A stretch of 63,120 bases of DNA, counting the filler, from Sluysia triapertura (lineage: Eukaryota), in the NCBI GenBank assembly GCA_046118255.1. It is 5 parts of 5 records of this genome, joined end to end, with 100 filler letters (N's around TTAATTAATTAA, not from the genome) between each part and the next. Parts side by side here need not be neighbours in the genome. Positions count along the whole stretch, not along the records: positions 49,955 to 63,120 come from JBJNIA010055105.1; 4 more parts are not named here. The stretch is one strand, 5' to 3'. Made by a program: the position numbers and the translations under genes. Below, piece by piece: positions 50,657 to 63,120 of the stretch (positions are counted from its first letter, which is position 1; every line of letters begins with the position of its first letter). The notes beneath the pieces were generated by a model that saw only the letters and a program-made list of their open reading frames with translations, was not told where the DNA came from and did no database searches.

Positions 50657-51220
50657 TGTTAGGTTGTCATCACAACCCTATAAAGTAATTTAACATATCA
50701 TAAGAACACTTGAAAATTATTTAAAACTATCTAAAAATCAATTAAAATCATAAAATGCTTTAAAATCACTTTAAAAATAATTATTCTCCAAAAAAGAAAA
50801 GAAAATTTCGAAAAAAGAAAAATCGCTTCTAAAAATAAAATATAAGCTAGCATCAGTTTAATGAAAATCGCCATTTTGGAAAATCAATTTGCTGCAATTC
50901 GTGGAATTGCGAAATTTTAGTAAAGGTTCACTATTCACAATTATTCAGCAATTTGGAATTATCAACTGGACAACATCAAATCCATTTTTTGGGTAAATTA
51001 TATATTTGTAGGGTCAATTTCAATTTTTTACCATAGTTGTTAAAATTTTATATTTTAAATAAGATTGACATTTTTGTGTTATTTAATAAATTCTTAAGTT
51101 ATAGTCTTGAGCAAATGTAAGACTATAAGACATTTGAATTTAGAAAAATTATTAGCTTATATTGTTACAGAAACGACCTCTTTATGACATAAACGTTTAC
51201 TATAACCGGATCCTGCTCCA
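50657..51220 (+). mobile_element. LTR-like repeat family L2, copy 2 (in a WDR11 intron)
   Basis: Homologous to the reverse complement of 23375-24219; TG...CA ends. Confidence 0.65.
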
Positions 51221-51269
51221 AAAACCACAGTAATGTAAATTTATTTTTGCATTTAATCGAAGTGTTAAG

Positions 51270-51960
51270 GCCGTTGAATCTTCTCGTGACATTTGTGATA
51301 CGTATGAGAAAAGTTTATGCCTCAAAATACCATCACCGTTGGTTTGTGCGATTAAAAATTCAGGATTTTTACCTTAACAACGCTTCACACACAAGTCGTA
51401 CAATTATGTTCAGTGAAGTGCACTTAAACAAAAACTGTTATGGAACATCTTCACTGAATGAGCGTAGGCGCGTTAGTGATAACAATAAGCACTCTACTCG
51501 TTCTATTTCGTTATCACAAATATTGTCACTAATGCAGAATAATGGTGTTTTTATACCAATGCGAAAGAGTAAAAACAATGGTCGGACTCAACAAGCAAGC
51601 GTCTCACGAGCAAAACAGGACCTCCATCACCAAGTGACTTTGCTATGTTTAAGGTGGAACTCGTAATTGATTGGGATCTGCTCGAACACAACCAAACATT
51701 CAATATGTTCATCAATTGCATCGAGCCAATGAAACAATTCAGCAACAAGACCGACTATTCTGCAATACGACGTTCGTTCAATATAACCGAAGTTGTGATT
51801 CTGGAATTCAAAATACTTATGCTCTAGATATGGTGTCGTCAGATTTTCATCTCTTTGCGTGTTTTTTGTTCAATAATAAAGTGGAAATCAGGAGTTCCTT
51901 TAGTCATGAACTCGTAAACAAAGAATGAATAGTATTTTATTGATTAACTTGTAGATTTTT
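51270..51960 (+). mobile_element. Mariner transposase pseudogene (in a WDR11 intron)
   Basis: RWFVRLKIQDFYLNNASHTSR (HTH linker), AKQDLHHQVTLLCLRWN, DLLEHNQT and ALDMVSSDFHLF (YSPDLAPSDFHLF-like), spread over three frames. Confidence 0.8.
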
Positions 51961-52058
51961 GTTCAGAATAAATTTGACGAAAATGATTATGAATTATTCT
52001 TCAACCTAAACTAGTTTAGTGTGTGTTTTCTACTGAATAACTATTTTAGATTATAATC

Positions 52059-52126
<68 letters not shown>

Positions 52127-52127
52127 G

Positions 52128-52382
52128 ATGATGATAAATCGTATAACTGCAATTGCATATTGGAACAATGTTCTAATAATAGGAGATTCAGATGGCAAAT
52201 TATTGTTTTGGAATTTCAAAACGTCTAGATCAATACCAGGAATTACGAATTCAAACAGTCGTATCTTGAGAATAAAATTGGCCAATAGTCGCCCTAATTC
52301 TAAAGCGATTAATAATACTTCCACAAGCCGATTAGCTGCAATTTTGTCTGTGGATTCTATCTCAGTCTGGAATTGGAATGAG
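52128..52382 (+). CDS. WDR11: WDR11 exon
   Basis: ITAIAYWNNVLIIGDSDGKLLFWNFK...ILRIKLA...ISVWN resembles WDR11 ITCIAWKGDTLVLGD.DGNLNFWDLK...VRKIRFA. tAG acceptor, GT donor, phase 0. Confidence 0.88.
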
Positions 52383-54109
52383 GTGCTTATATTATTTTAT
52401 TTCCAAATATCGTATTAATATATTTCTATTTATGAGTACTTAATATTTAATTGTTACATAATTTTTATTAATGGCGTTCAATTAGCTTTAACAATTTCTC
52501 AACTGATATTCTTTTACTTCGATCCTTTAATTTTTTTTAACTTTTAAATATTGAATAAATGGTCTGGAGGTATGAATCAATACACTCGTTCTTGTTGTTC
52601 GGGATTGAAGTGCTTAACAAGTTCGTATATATGTTTTACTTAGACTTCTGGAATTAAACTTACCTAATTCAATTGATAAATTTGTTATCCAACCTAAAAC
52701 TATTTTATATGCTTTTCAAGTCAATGATTATCAAGCTCTACCTCATTCAATAGCTCTATTTCCCACCCCCTTTATAAATAAATTAAATTTGCAACTATAT
52801 ATTAAAAAAATTAAATTATGTATATTGCAAATTTATGCAGTTAGGGTATAGTTATGCTTTTATGAGTTAAATTAAAAAATATTTTATCACAAGCAAATTT
52901 GCCAAAGAGTTAACAATTATAAACCTCTGTTCAGGATATCGTAGTGGATCAAAATTGTAATTATTCAAAATTTCAAAAAGAATTTTAGTCTTGGTCTTCA
53001 AAATCAAAATCGCAAATTATAATTTTCTTCAAATCACAAATGCTGTTGTCTCAAAATATAATACCTTGTATATTCCAATAATAAATAATTCCAATAAATA
53101 TTCCATATAATTGACTGATTAAATAATTCAATAATAAATAATTTTAATCAATTAATATTTCGTATATAATAATTCTGATATAAAATAATTCTAACAGTAA
53201 TATTATTATTAAATTTCCAATTGAATTTAGTTATATCACGTTAAATTTTTTATGGGTCGCTGACTCGTGGCTTAATATAAATAATATAATATAAATATAA
53301 ACTACATACAAAAAAATTAATTTATTCAATCAAAACATTAATTAGCGCCAATAGTATGTCTTTTTTATTTCCTAGCATTCACTTATGTAATAAAAAATTG
53401 GGTCATATAACAATCTGAAAAAAAATTATTGGGCCGCGAGATAAAAAGGTTGAGAAACGCCAAGTTATATTATATAAAATAATATTAATTCCACACAATA
53501 TAACGATAATTGTGATGATAGTAATTTATTATGATTATGATTATTATGATTATTATTATTAATTCTTTGGCTAATTTTACACATGAACCTTTATTTTAAG
53601 TTAATTATGATCGAGTTCTATGCTCTTACAATTTGATTTCATATTGTTATTATTAATTCTCATTTTAGGATAATTTCTTGACCATAATAGTAAGATTTAA
53701 TATTTATAAATTCTAATTTCATATTAAACTTTATAGAATCTATCTTTAAAATAATTATTTCTATATTTTCACTTTAAATTTAATTGTTATTTGTCATTAA
53801 ATTTTGAATTTATATTGACTATATGTAATCTCATTTTAAATTGATACTAAAGCATTATAATTTTAATTTTTTAACCAATATTTTATTAAAACTGAGTTTA
53901 ATTAAAATGAAGAATGAGTACTATGTGAACTTTTATTACATTTTACAATATTCAAAAATAAGAGTTCGTGATTTTAAAATTACTGACTATAGATAAAAAT
54001 CTGGCATTAAAATTATAGAGTTTAAATGTTTTTTAATTAAGTAAAAAATTAATTAAACCTAATTAGTCATTTAAAAAGTATTTAAAAATCAATTTAATTC
54101 ATTGTTTAG

Positions 54110-54299
54110 GGTATTTTACTAAAGCAAATAAAGTGGAGTTCAAGTCGTGATAATTTCTGGTCTCCGATTTTGAGTTGCGATTGGGCAGATGACGGTCATT
54201 TATTAGTTATTTTGAGTGCTCATGATGTCAGTGTGGTGCGTGGAGATAATCTCGAAAAGTCAACTTCTCCAATTAATTTAATCGATTTTGAAACTTGTA
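54110..54299 (+). CDS. WDR11: WDR11 exon
   Basis: tttAG acceptor; GILLKQIKWSSSRDNFWSPILSCDWADDGHLLVILSAHDVSVV resembles WDR11 RILDVDWC.SDKVIL; donor GTTAGT, phase 1. Confidence 0.8.
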
Positions 54300-56258
54300 G
54301 TTAGTTTCTTTTTTCAATTTGATAATTTCCAATCAATTAAAAAACTTCATTAAATGTTTAATTAAATTTTTTTAATCTTATGCATTCATTGTTTCTTTTA
54401 ATTTAATAGTCACTTTATTCTTATTTTCATTAAAGATTCTTCACAAATTTACCGCTAAGAAACGAATCTTTTATGTTAAATCGACTTATTCTTTGTATAA
54501 CACAAGTTAATTGTTTGAATGTCTTACCGAATACTTCTTTAATTAATTACACTGAAAGACCTGGTGAATCTTAAAAAAATTCCTACAAAAGTTTTGAGAT
54601 TACTTTATGCATATATATACTTGTTGAAGTGTTTGATGCATTTTATTAATAAGCCTAGTTTAAGGTTATGAAATAATTTAAAATTAAGAGTGTTTTTAAA
54701 GTGTTAATATCTTTGAGAGAATTAAAATGACATTAGCTTACTCCATTTAAAGTTTACTAAAAACTTAGAAATAGGCTAAATACCTTGAGAAATTTTATTA
54801 TAATATAGGAGACTCATCTCAATTAAGGGCTAAACATGTTCAAATTATTTTCTTAATATGATTATTAAAAGTGTAAACAAAATATAACAAATAACAATCA
54901 TTAAAAATTTCGTTGGACAAAGTACTCTATTCAGACTTTCTTTACGGCACAAAAAGCAAGAGTAATTTTACAAGATTCATGTGTTACATAAGAATGAATA
55001 ACAGCTGACATTAATTCAATTAAAGTCTCCATAAAGGACTTTCAATGATTTATCAAAACATATTCTAATATACCGTTTTCAATAGAACTCTTTATTTGTA
55101 GTATCCTTAGTTGCAGTTTATAATTGAGCCTACTCATTAATATTTCGTGATCATATTCATTCTTATGATATAACTATTCAAAAACTAAGTAAAAGCATGC
55201 CCTGACTGTAGAGGAAACTCTTTAAAAAAGATACAATAAAGCATATAGAGATATCATAATTTAGGAATGACTTATTAGAGCTCTTTAAACAGTACATTTG
55301 CAATAATCAACATATTTAACTTATTCCTCGTAATTCATTAGTTTTCGTGATTCAAAATCATTAAGATAGTATATTTGAAACAGTCCATTTTGTGTGAATA
55401 AAAATGATGATCTATGTGTTAGACAAAAACATATTACGTGATCTGATTTAATCTGTTCAATGCTAAAAAGGAACATCATTAATTACATTTTTTAAAACAT
55501 AAGGAAAATTCAAGTTTGGCTTTAATTTCAAAATATGTCTCAATTGTTTCATATAACATATTGAAATATTCTATTTGATTCTATTTTACTAGTTTTCCGA
55601 TTAATATCTTAACATGATTGATTTGGTTAAAAAAATTTTAAAAAAATTATTTAATCTATTTTTTGAATTATGAGATCTTATGTCTTTTTTAAAAAGATAA
55701 TTTTTTGACAATAGAAACAAAAATAAAATAATAATAAAAGATGATAATAATTATTATAATTATAATAATTAATATTGATTATTATCATGATTACAATGAA
55801 AATAAGTTTATATTAAAAAAATAGAATTTATAAGTAATAGGGCGTTTGAAGTAATTTGGAAGTAATATAAAAGTAAATTAATTTATAATTAGTTAAATTT
55901 ATAATGGCAATTATAAACTATGATTTATTATAGATCGCTGTATACTATGGTTGTGAAAGTCATAATGATCATGTAAGGAAATATGATTTAAATCTTAGTA
56001 AAAATTAGTAAAAACTTTATGCAAAATTTAGTTATTAAAAGTAATTATCTTATAATCCTGTGCAAGACAACGGAACAGGATTTTTATTTAATGTTCCTTG
56101 GAGATTTATAACTAATTCTATCGAGGATGTGTTTTTGGTACCATTATGGTTCTTATCTATTATTGTAAAATGCAAGACTGTTTAATAGTGCTTAATGGTG
56201 ACACGCGAATCCTTGTAAACTATGGCTAGACGCCTAATACTCACAATCATGTTTAATC

Positions 56259-56385
56259 TTAAACCTCTATGGGTTCATGTAACTTTCAGATCACAAGCTA
56301 ATAATCAATAACAATATTGTTGACGATTGGTAGTCCCATCAACCTGAAATGTCAAAATAGATAAATTCGACTCATAGAGGGTTAA
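56259..56385. mobile_element. TTAA-flanked MITE (third family)
   Basis: TTAA-ACCTCTATGGGT ... ACTCATAGAGGG-TTAA. Confidence 0.65.
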
Positions 56386-56999
56386 CTTATTCCTTTATGT
56401 ATAATATATCAACTTAGTTTGCTTAAGGAAACTCTAAAGAGATTTATTACGGCAAATGATAAAAGTAAATACGAATGAAAATGTATTCACAAAAATAAAT
56501 ATATTTATACACTTTAGTTAAATAATGAAGGGAACAAATTGAAGATATTAAGAGTGACTTAATATCTAAATATGAATTATTTTGAAAGGATTTATTAAAC
56601 AATAATAACATATACTACAAAATATTAACAAACTATAGTGTATATGAAATCATACTATAGTGTAAATGAAATAATATTAAAAAAATAATTACACTATATA
56701 TTACTGTATTACAAAAATTGAAAACTGTCATTATTATGGAAAGAATCAAGTATAAATATATGGGTTCATTCAATTTGCAATTATTATTTGGAGAACATTT
56801 GTCGAAGAAAAAGAAGTTACTTATTGAAGATATCAAAACTATTGTTCGAGTTCAAGGTATTTGAATAATTGACATTTTACAATTTAAAATACATCAAGAT
56901 TTGATTTTGACTGAAATTTCATCAGAATAACATTTAAAATAACTAAAGTGCTAAAATTAAATTTAATCTTAAAAGAAGTTTGTAAGCACCCTAAATTAT

Positions 57000-57264
57000 T
57001 GTGAATATTATCCGAACTATTTTTGTAGATTTTGTATTCGTTACTTATATTTGATAAATAAACTTTTAGTGAGTTTAGTTTAGAAGAGCTTGAATTTTAA
57101 CGTGTGTTTAAGTGTTTAGAATCTATGCAATCAAATTTTTGCACTTTCACTGTTCCATCTACGACGAGTGAACTAACGATTCCAGATAAGTGTTAAAGCA
57201 AAAAGAAAAGAAAACAAGACTAGATATTAGATAACATTCGAAAGACAAAATACTTATTACAACA
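57000..57264 (+). mobile_element. Possible solo LTR
   Basis: TG...CA ends with TTAT on both sides and an internal AATAAA. Weak, because TTAT is common here. Confidence 0.3.
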
Positions 57265-57528
57265 TTATTATTACTTTATAATCATTATTATATATTATAT
57301 TATTATTCAGTTTATTATTATTATTATAGTCATTAAGACAATATAAAGATGTAATAATGAGTGGTTAAGAAATTTATGTTATTATTTGAGAATGAGTGAT
57401 TTTAAGTTTTAACTCACCAAACCTAGTTTGATATTGCTTTTTATCGAATGAATGAATTTAAAATCCTTCCACATGATAATTTACAATTAATTTCAATACG
57501 GAAAAATTATGAATTTTTACGAATTTAG

Positions 57529-57724
57529 CTCCATCACCTTGTAATTTACGCATGTTACCGCCAAAAATGATTATGTTACTAAAATGTTATATGCAACATC
57601 AACCATGGCAATCAGATGGTCAATTCCATGTGGTCAATTCAAGACATTCAACTTTGTTTCCTGATATGCAAGTTTTTTCGGAAGACAAAACTTTGCAATA
57701 TGTTCTTCAATGGTTGAGTAAAAT
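57529..57724 (+). CDS. WDR11: WDR11 exon
   Basis: tttAG acceptor in phase 1; PCNLRMLPPKMIMLLKCYMQHQPW resembles WDR11 VWCPYLL.P...LALKAFLLHQPW; donor GTATGT. Confidence 0.85.
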
Positions 57725-60345
57725 GTATGTTTAATCTATATTTTTTAATTTATATTTAATTTTTAAGTAATAAAAATAAGAATATTTTTGTTATTTAAAA
57801 CTGTACTGATATTGATTATTTTGCAACAATAATATGTAATAAATTTAACCAAGCTCAAGTGTTAGAAATTTAAAGCACATTCATATTGTCTAGATGTAAA
57901 TACAATATGACTGTATTAATAGTGCGATTTTGCAGTCTCAAAATAATCAAAAATAAGTCAATGAAAAATAGGTATTACTTCGACCATTTGTTGTGTAAAT
58001 CAGATATTAGTATGTAAATATTATCGCGTCATGTTACCTTCCTGAGAAATTGTTTTAGTATTGGGTTTTGATTGGTTGGAATGAGTGTATTTGTTTTGAG
58101 GTTTAAAGTAATATGATTGGTTGGAATATATTGGTATATATAGTTTACTCCTGAGTTAAAGAGTAATATTTGAGTATTTAAATGAGTGTATGAGATGTAT
58201 ACTCTTGGTTTTAATCAGGAAATAACTTCCGTATCACTACATTTGATCTGCCAAGACTTAATCTGAAAACCAATCATACTTATATAATTTATACAAGAAT
58301 TATATATGTTTCTATGGTTCTGCGAGGGTTTCATGAGAAAATAATTATCTCACAAAATAATATTAACATGATCATCTTAATGATAAGCACTCCCATAGGA
58401 TTATAATATAACTTAATAAATTTCATGAATTGTAAGTGGACCACTAATTGTGTTAAAACTAGTAACGCTTGGTCTGTTTTGAATCTAATTTTATTGTTTT
58501 ATGATTCTGTTGATGAGGTAATGACTACTTTAAGCTTAATTATTGAGTACAAATTAAATGATAACTTTCACTATGATAATTATATCGACTAATTCATATG
58601 ATGAAAAATATCAGTAGTAAGAATTAAAACTCAAATTAAGTGTCAATGTTATTAACTAATGATTTTAATTTATATTTTAGTTACTTAGAAATGATAATTA
58701 ATTTTAGGTAAGATAAATGAATATCTCGCAGTAGTGAAATTTTTGAATGATATTAGAATTTGGTGACAAATGTTTTCTTTCATTTTCCAAAAACAAAAGA
58801 AATATAATTTTTGTGTTGAGTAAACTTGCTGATACGTAAATCAATGTTTGAATTTTCTTTTTATAGAAAATTTCTCGCACATTACAGTAATCAAATAAAA
58901 CTTTCCTTTTGCGTAATACTCTTGAAAGTTTAAATAATTAATTCTTTTTAAAAACTACTTCTATTGTTCACTTGAATTATTTTACAAATACTAAATTGTT
59001 GCATAAGCAAATAAATTTTTAATTATATCTCGTCAGCTATGCATGTGGAAGCGATATCGTACAATATCACATTAAATTATTATTATTTTATTATTATTAA
59101 CATTTTACGTACAATAATATATAACAAATCTTTTACCGATGACGATTACACTACTTAAGAATTGTATGACCCTCTGAAGAAATCTTCATCTTCTTAAATG
59201 ACGTTGATGCTTGCGCAAGTTTATTTATACAATAATAAATGTTTACCATCCAAATTGTATGACCGTCCTACGAAATCTCCATTTCCGAATTGCAAGTGTT
59301 CTTTCCTAAATAGAACTTACCTACAAAAAGATTGTCGCGTGGAGTTGAGTTCGGCTAGTTAGATACGGTTTACGTAACGAGTGGATGACGGTCTAATTAG
59401 GCTTTGGAACTGGTATAAGATAAGAAAAACGATGGTCACTCATAAGCAACTCTCTGCTAAGATTTTGGATGTTATATTAATCTTTTATGATTTAATTTAT
59501 TAGTTAAACCAGCCTGTTACGGTCTGATTTATAAAAATTGTATTTTAGCAAGAATAAATTAATGAAATCCTCTTAATATATATTATTCAAAAGTTACTAA
59601 ACAATACAATGTACCAAAAGGTAATACAATTATTCACAAGTTAATAATAATAAAAATATACAATTTACCACCTTAAACTTAATGCTTAGGTGTAAAATAA
59701 TTTATTTTAAAATGATTTTTATCTATCCAGTTACGGTATAGACAATCTTTAAATAATTTAAGTAGTATTTTATATTCTACCTTAGACGGTTAGAATATTC
59801 AAAAAACTTATTAAAAAATAATTACCTATGCATGGAAAAAATATGATTATTGATAGTGTCCAGAAACTGTTTTCTCCAGAAACGATTAATAAAATTTCCT
59901 TTGTAAATTTCTACAAAATGTGTTGTTATGAATTTCTGCAAAATGTGTTAGTTATTTATACAAAACTCACTTCCTTGTTTTGGTTTCACTTTATTCTTTA
60001 AAACAAAATATTATTTTTTTGATTTATTCAAACGAAAATTCTTGTAAATTTTAAGTAAATAGATCTTTTATTATTTAATAATTTTATTTTTTTAAATATT
60101 TTTATAATAATGATAATATTTAAAATAAAAATTGTTAAATTTTTAGAATAAAATAAAACTATATAATTGTTAAAATAAAATAAAACAAATAAAATAAAAC
60201 AATTTTTAATCAGTTTTAATATTTTAATCACAGAAGATAAAGAAATAGATATCAAAGAGATTATAGCAATAGTAAGAAATTCAATTCACTTGAAAATATT
60301 AAAATTCCATTAAAGGATATAAACGTTGTATTATAAGATATTAAA

Positions 60346-61570
60346 ATGACATTACCAATGTATGAATTCAAAAAATGCATGACACAGCTTGCTCAGGACA
60401 TAAAACCCGCAGTATTGTTGCCAGAAAAGCGTAAGTTTAACGGAGCCAAAGAAGACCTTTCTGAATTTTTATTCGAATACAATTTAATATCAGAGGCTAA
60501 TGGCTGTTCGGAATTAGAAAAAATTAAAATAATTCAGAATTATTTTACTGGCGTTGCTATACAGACTTATAAAGAAATAGACCATACGAAAAAAAATAAT
60601 TTGAACACTTTTGTTAACGCTTTCACGGAAGAGATCGTTTTATAAGACATATAGCACTTCCAAAAATTATTAAACAATTTGAACAAATTATTAAACATTT
60701 TAAACAATTATTATAGATTTGTTTAAATAATATTTATCTCTAAAACTGCATGGTAGAATTTGTTGAACAAGATATTAATTTTGAAGAAAACTCCTTTAAA
60801 AGACCTGAGCGCGATAAATATGAAAAGATACAAAACGTAAACAAAGAAAATCTAAAGCGATTTGTAAATGAGGATGGCATGAGCATAAAAGATGCAGCCA
60901 CATGACTAGGAATAAAATATTCTAGTGCAAGATTTATTGTCGCAAAATCTTCAAATCTTCAAATCTTCAAAATATTCAAATGCTTAATACCAGGAAACCG
61001 TATTAATACTCTCGAACCGTATACGAGTATTCATGCGCACTCAAGAGTCTAGTGGCATCGACAAGGATTTCGAAGAAAAGAAGGAAATGACTTTAATAGA
61101 TAAGTTTAAGAGTGGACTACGTGTGGCATTAATTTAATAGACATTCAATCTTTTAAGGAAATAGTCAAAAAATTAAGAGGTTTAGAGAAATCCAAGATTG
61201 AAGAAAACGACAGTGTAAGTTATTTAAGTATAAATAATAAAAGAGATAGGAGCCCAGGATATAATTTAAGAGAAGATACATTTAAAAATAAGACTTTTTT
61301 AGATAATAATAGTACAGGATTTTCGAGGAATAATTTTAACACAAGAAGAAATGATTATAACCAAAGAAAAGGAAAGACAAGAGGGTTTGCAAGAGAATTT
61401 GAGCAAAGACTGCCACCAAGGTGGCCAAATAATGAAGAATTTACAAATAGAAATAAGAGTCCAGGGAGAAGTAGAAAATTATAACAGTAAAACCAAAACA
61501 AAGTAGAGGGAGAGATAATATGTTATAATTGTAATAGGGAGGGACTACTATGCACGAAATTGTAGGAAAT
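60346..61570 (+). mobile_element. Ty3/Gypsy gag pseudogene
   Basis: Capsid N-domain FNGAKEDLSEFLFEYNLISEANG...YFTGVAIQTY, C-domain LIDKFKSGLR (about 61094), an Arg/Asn-rich spacer and a frameshifted knuckle CYNCNREG/YYARNC (61521-61563). Confidence 0.8.
60750..60950 (+). mobile_element. HTH fragment of a Tc1/IS630-like transposase inserted within gag
   Basis: KYEKIQNVNKENLKRFVNEDGMSIKDAAT*LGIKYSSARFIV is a helix-turn-helix pattern lying between the two capsid halves. Confidence 0.5.
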
Positions 61571-62405
61571 TAAAATCAGATACTGTTAACCAAAAGTTAA
61601 GTAGAATGTAAAAACAGTAAGATCAATCCAGAAAGGTAAAATTTGATGAGAGAAATGATAAAAATGGTATGACACAAGTAAATTACAACTATGAAAGACA
61701 AAAACAAGATGATTATGACAGTTATGGTGAAGAATACGAAGGAAATGAATAAGGAAGAAGTTGAAATAGTTTAACAGAAGAAGAAACCAAAATACTGCAA
61801 GAATTTCACAGAATGAAATTGGATGACGATGATGGTGAAGAAAGAAGAAATAGATCAAAGAAAAAACAAGATGAAGACGAAACATTCATAAATTATTTAT
61901 ATGAACAATTTTTAAATTTTTTAAAGAAAAAAGAAGGATAGCACAATCAAACAACAGAAGAAGATAAATTTAAAATAGAAGAAAACAAGAAAGTGGAAGA
62001 GATTTTGGAGGAATTGAATAAAAATACAAATAATACCTATCAAGCACCGAGTGATGACGAATATAAAAATGATAAAAATGAATAAGTAAAAATATCTGAG
62101 GAGGTAAAAAAGGAGGAAATAAAGGAGACAATGTTTGTGAAACAATGTTCATTAATAATTTCAGTTAATGAAGAAAGAGAAGTAAATATCCTCGAATCGG
62201 CTCTAAGTGCAAAAACACAAAAGTTTCTTAAAGATTTACAAAATGGTATTATGCAAACAAAATATATTTATAAAAACATGTATAATTTACTCATTTCAAA
62301 TATGACTTGAATTGATGGACAAAGTATTAAATCGATATAAAACAAAATCTTGGACATTATTGAGAAAAATCAGCCAGTGGAAAGGGTTAAGAACCCAAAA
62401 CCTTA

Positions 62406-62795
62406 ATGAAAATTAACGTATTAATTAATGAGTCAATTAATGTTTTTATAGAATTACCAGTGACCACATTAGTAGAAAAAAATATGGACATAATAAAATC
62501 AAATGATGTTTCTGTAATAGAAATACAATTATATTATCATGATAGAAAGTTAGAACCAGACGAGTTTTTTAATGATTACGGTTATCCGTTAGGAAACCAC
62601 TATGAAATAATAAAAGCATTTATTACTTATGCAGAAAAGAATGAACCTGTTATTACTACAGATACATTTGATAATATTGACTTAGATAAGACTCCGCATT
62701 CTTACATGAAACAGTTAATGGAAAATGATAATGAAGTACTTGTAAATAATACTGGAATTAATGGTGAAGACATAATAGAAAAATCCGAATCTTAA
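62406..62795 (+). CDS. Ubiquitin-like (beta-grasp) domain ORF downstream of gag
   Basis: MKINVLINESINVFIELPVTTLVEKNMDIIKSNDVSVIEIQLYYHDRKLEPDEFFNDYGY aligns by pattern with ubiquitin MQIFV...TITLEVE..DTIENVKAKI...[21 protein letters not shown]. No C-terminal GG. Confidence 0.6.
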   Translation: MKINVLINESINVFIELPVTTLVEKNMDIIKSNDVSVIEIQLYYHDRKLEPDEFFNDYGYPLGNHYEIIKAFITYAEKNEPVITTDTFDNIDLDKTPHSYMKQLMENDNEVLVNNTGINGEDIIEKSES

Positions 62796-63120
62796 TAGTA
62801 ATCCGCGTATCGAAACTAACGATACGACCAAGAAAAGTGAATATAATGAAAATAGTATAATAATGACACATCCGATACATAAAAATACTATTTACTTAAC
62901 TAAAATAGTTTGTGAGGATATAAGTTGTAGTGTGCTGACTATCTCAATTCTTACATACATAACTTAAATATCCATTTTATCCCATATTAACACATTAAAT
63001 CAAATAAATGATAATTACTTAATAAATTATACCAATCAGTTTCACTCAACTAGTCAATATCGTCCTATACAAATATATTATTTTAGTATAATTTTTATAC
63101 TTCCTTGTCTTGGTCACATT

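Noticed and set aside
56690-56857. Extra WDR11 exon ending at CAAG|GTATTT
   Set aside because: The flanking WDR11 exons already join in phase and colinearly with homologs without it.
59411-59422. tRNA-iMet primer-binding site upstream of gag (TGGTATAAGATA)
   Set aside because: Only a partial match to TGGTATCAGAGC and not preceded by an LTR CA end.
61586-62152. Hydrophobic minus-strand ORFs resembling membrane proteins
   Set aside because: They are antisense shadows of the purine-rich Glu/Lys spacer after gag.

Overview
Very AT-rich, repeat-dominated eukaryotic DNA with GT-AG introns and long (AAT)n tracts. The composition fits a planarian-type genome, but that is inference. Four identical 100-bp spacers (44 N + TTAATTAATTAA + 44 N) cut the window into five segments of about 11.5-13.6 kb, so linkage across spacers is unproven. 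Host genes: an intronless ankyrin-repeat DHHC palmitoyltransferase (39073-40545), four phase-consistent WDR11 exons (50414-57724), the first exon of a carboxylesterase-family gene, a YTHDC2-like helicase C-terminal region and one unidentified terminal exon. The rest is mostly mobile DNA: mariner, Tc1, pogo and hAT remnants, TTAA-flanked MITEs, LTR-like repeats and a LINE tail. Three signals stand out. (1) A compact, virus-like gene cassette at about 25.1-30.5 kb encodes a retropepsin-fold protein lacking its catalytic Asp, membrane proteins with a PPxY/YxxP tail and a RING-H2 protein. It is flanked by a LysRS fragment and a convergent SH2-like ORF. (2) An RLE-type non-LTR retrotransposon sits between the A-box and B-box halves of a tRNA-like sequence. 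(3) A Ty3/Gypsy gag is followed by a ubiquitin-like ORF. Decayed kinase-like and CCCH-finger ORFs elsewhere suggest large elements carrying signalling and ubiquitin-pathway cargo. All family calls are by-eye motif recognition; no searches were run.
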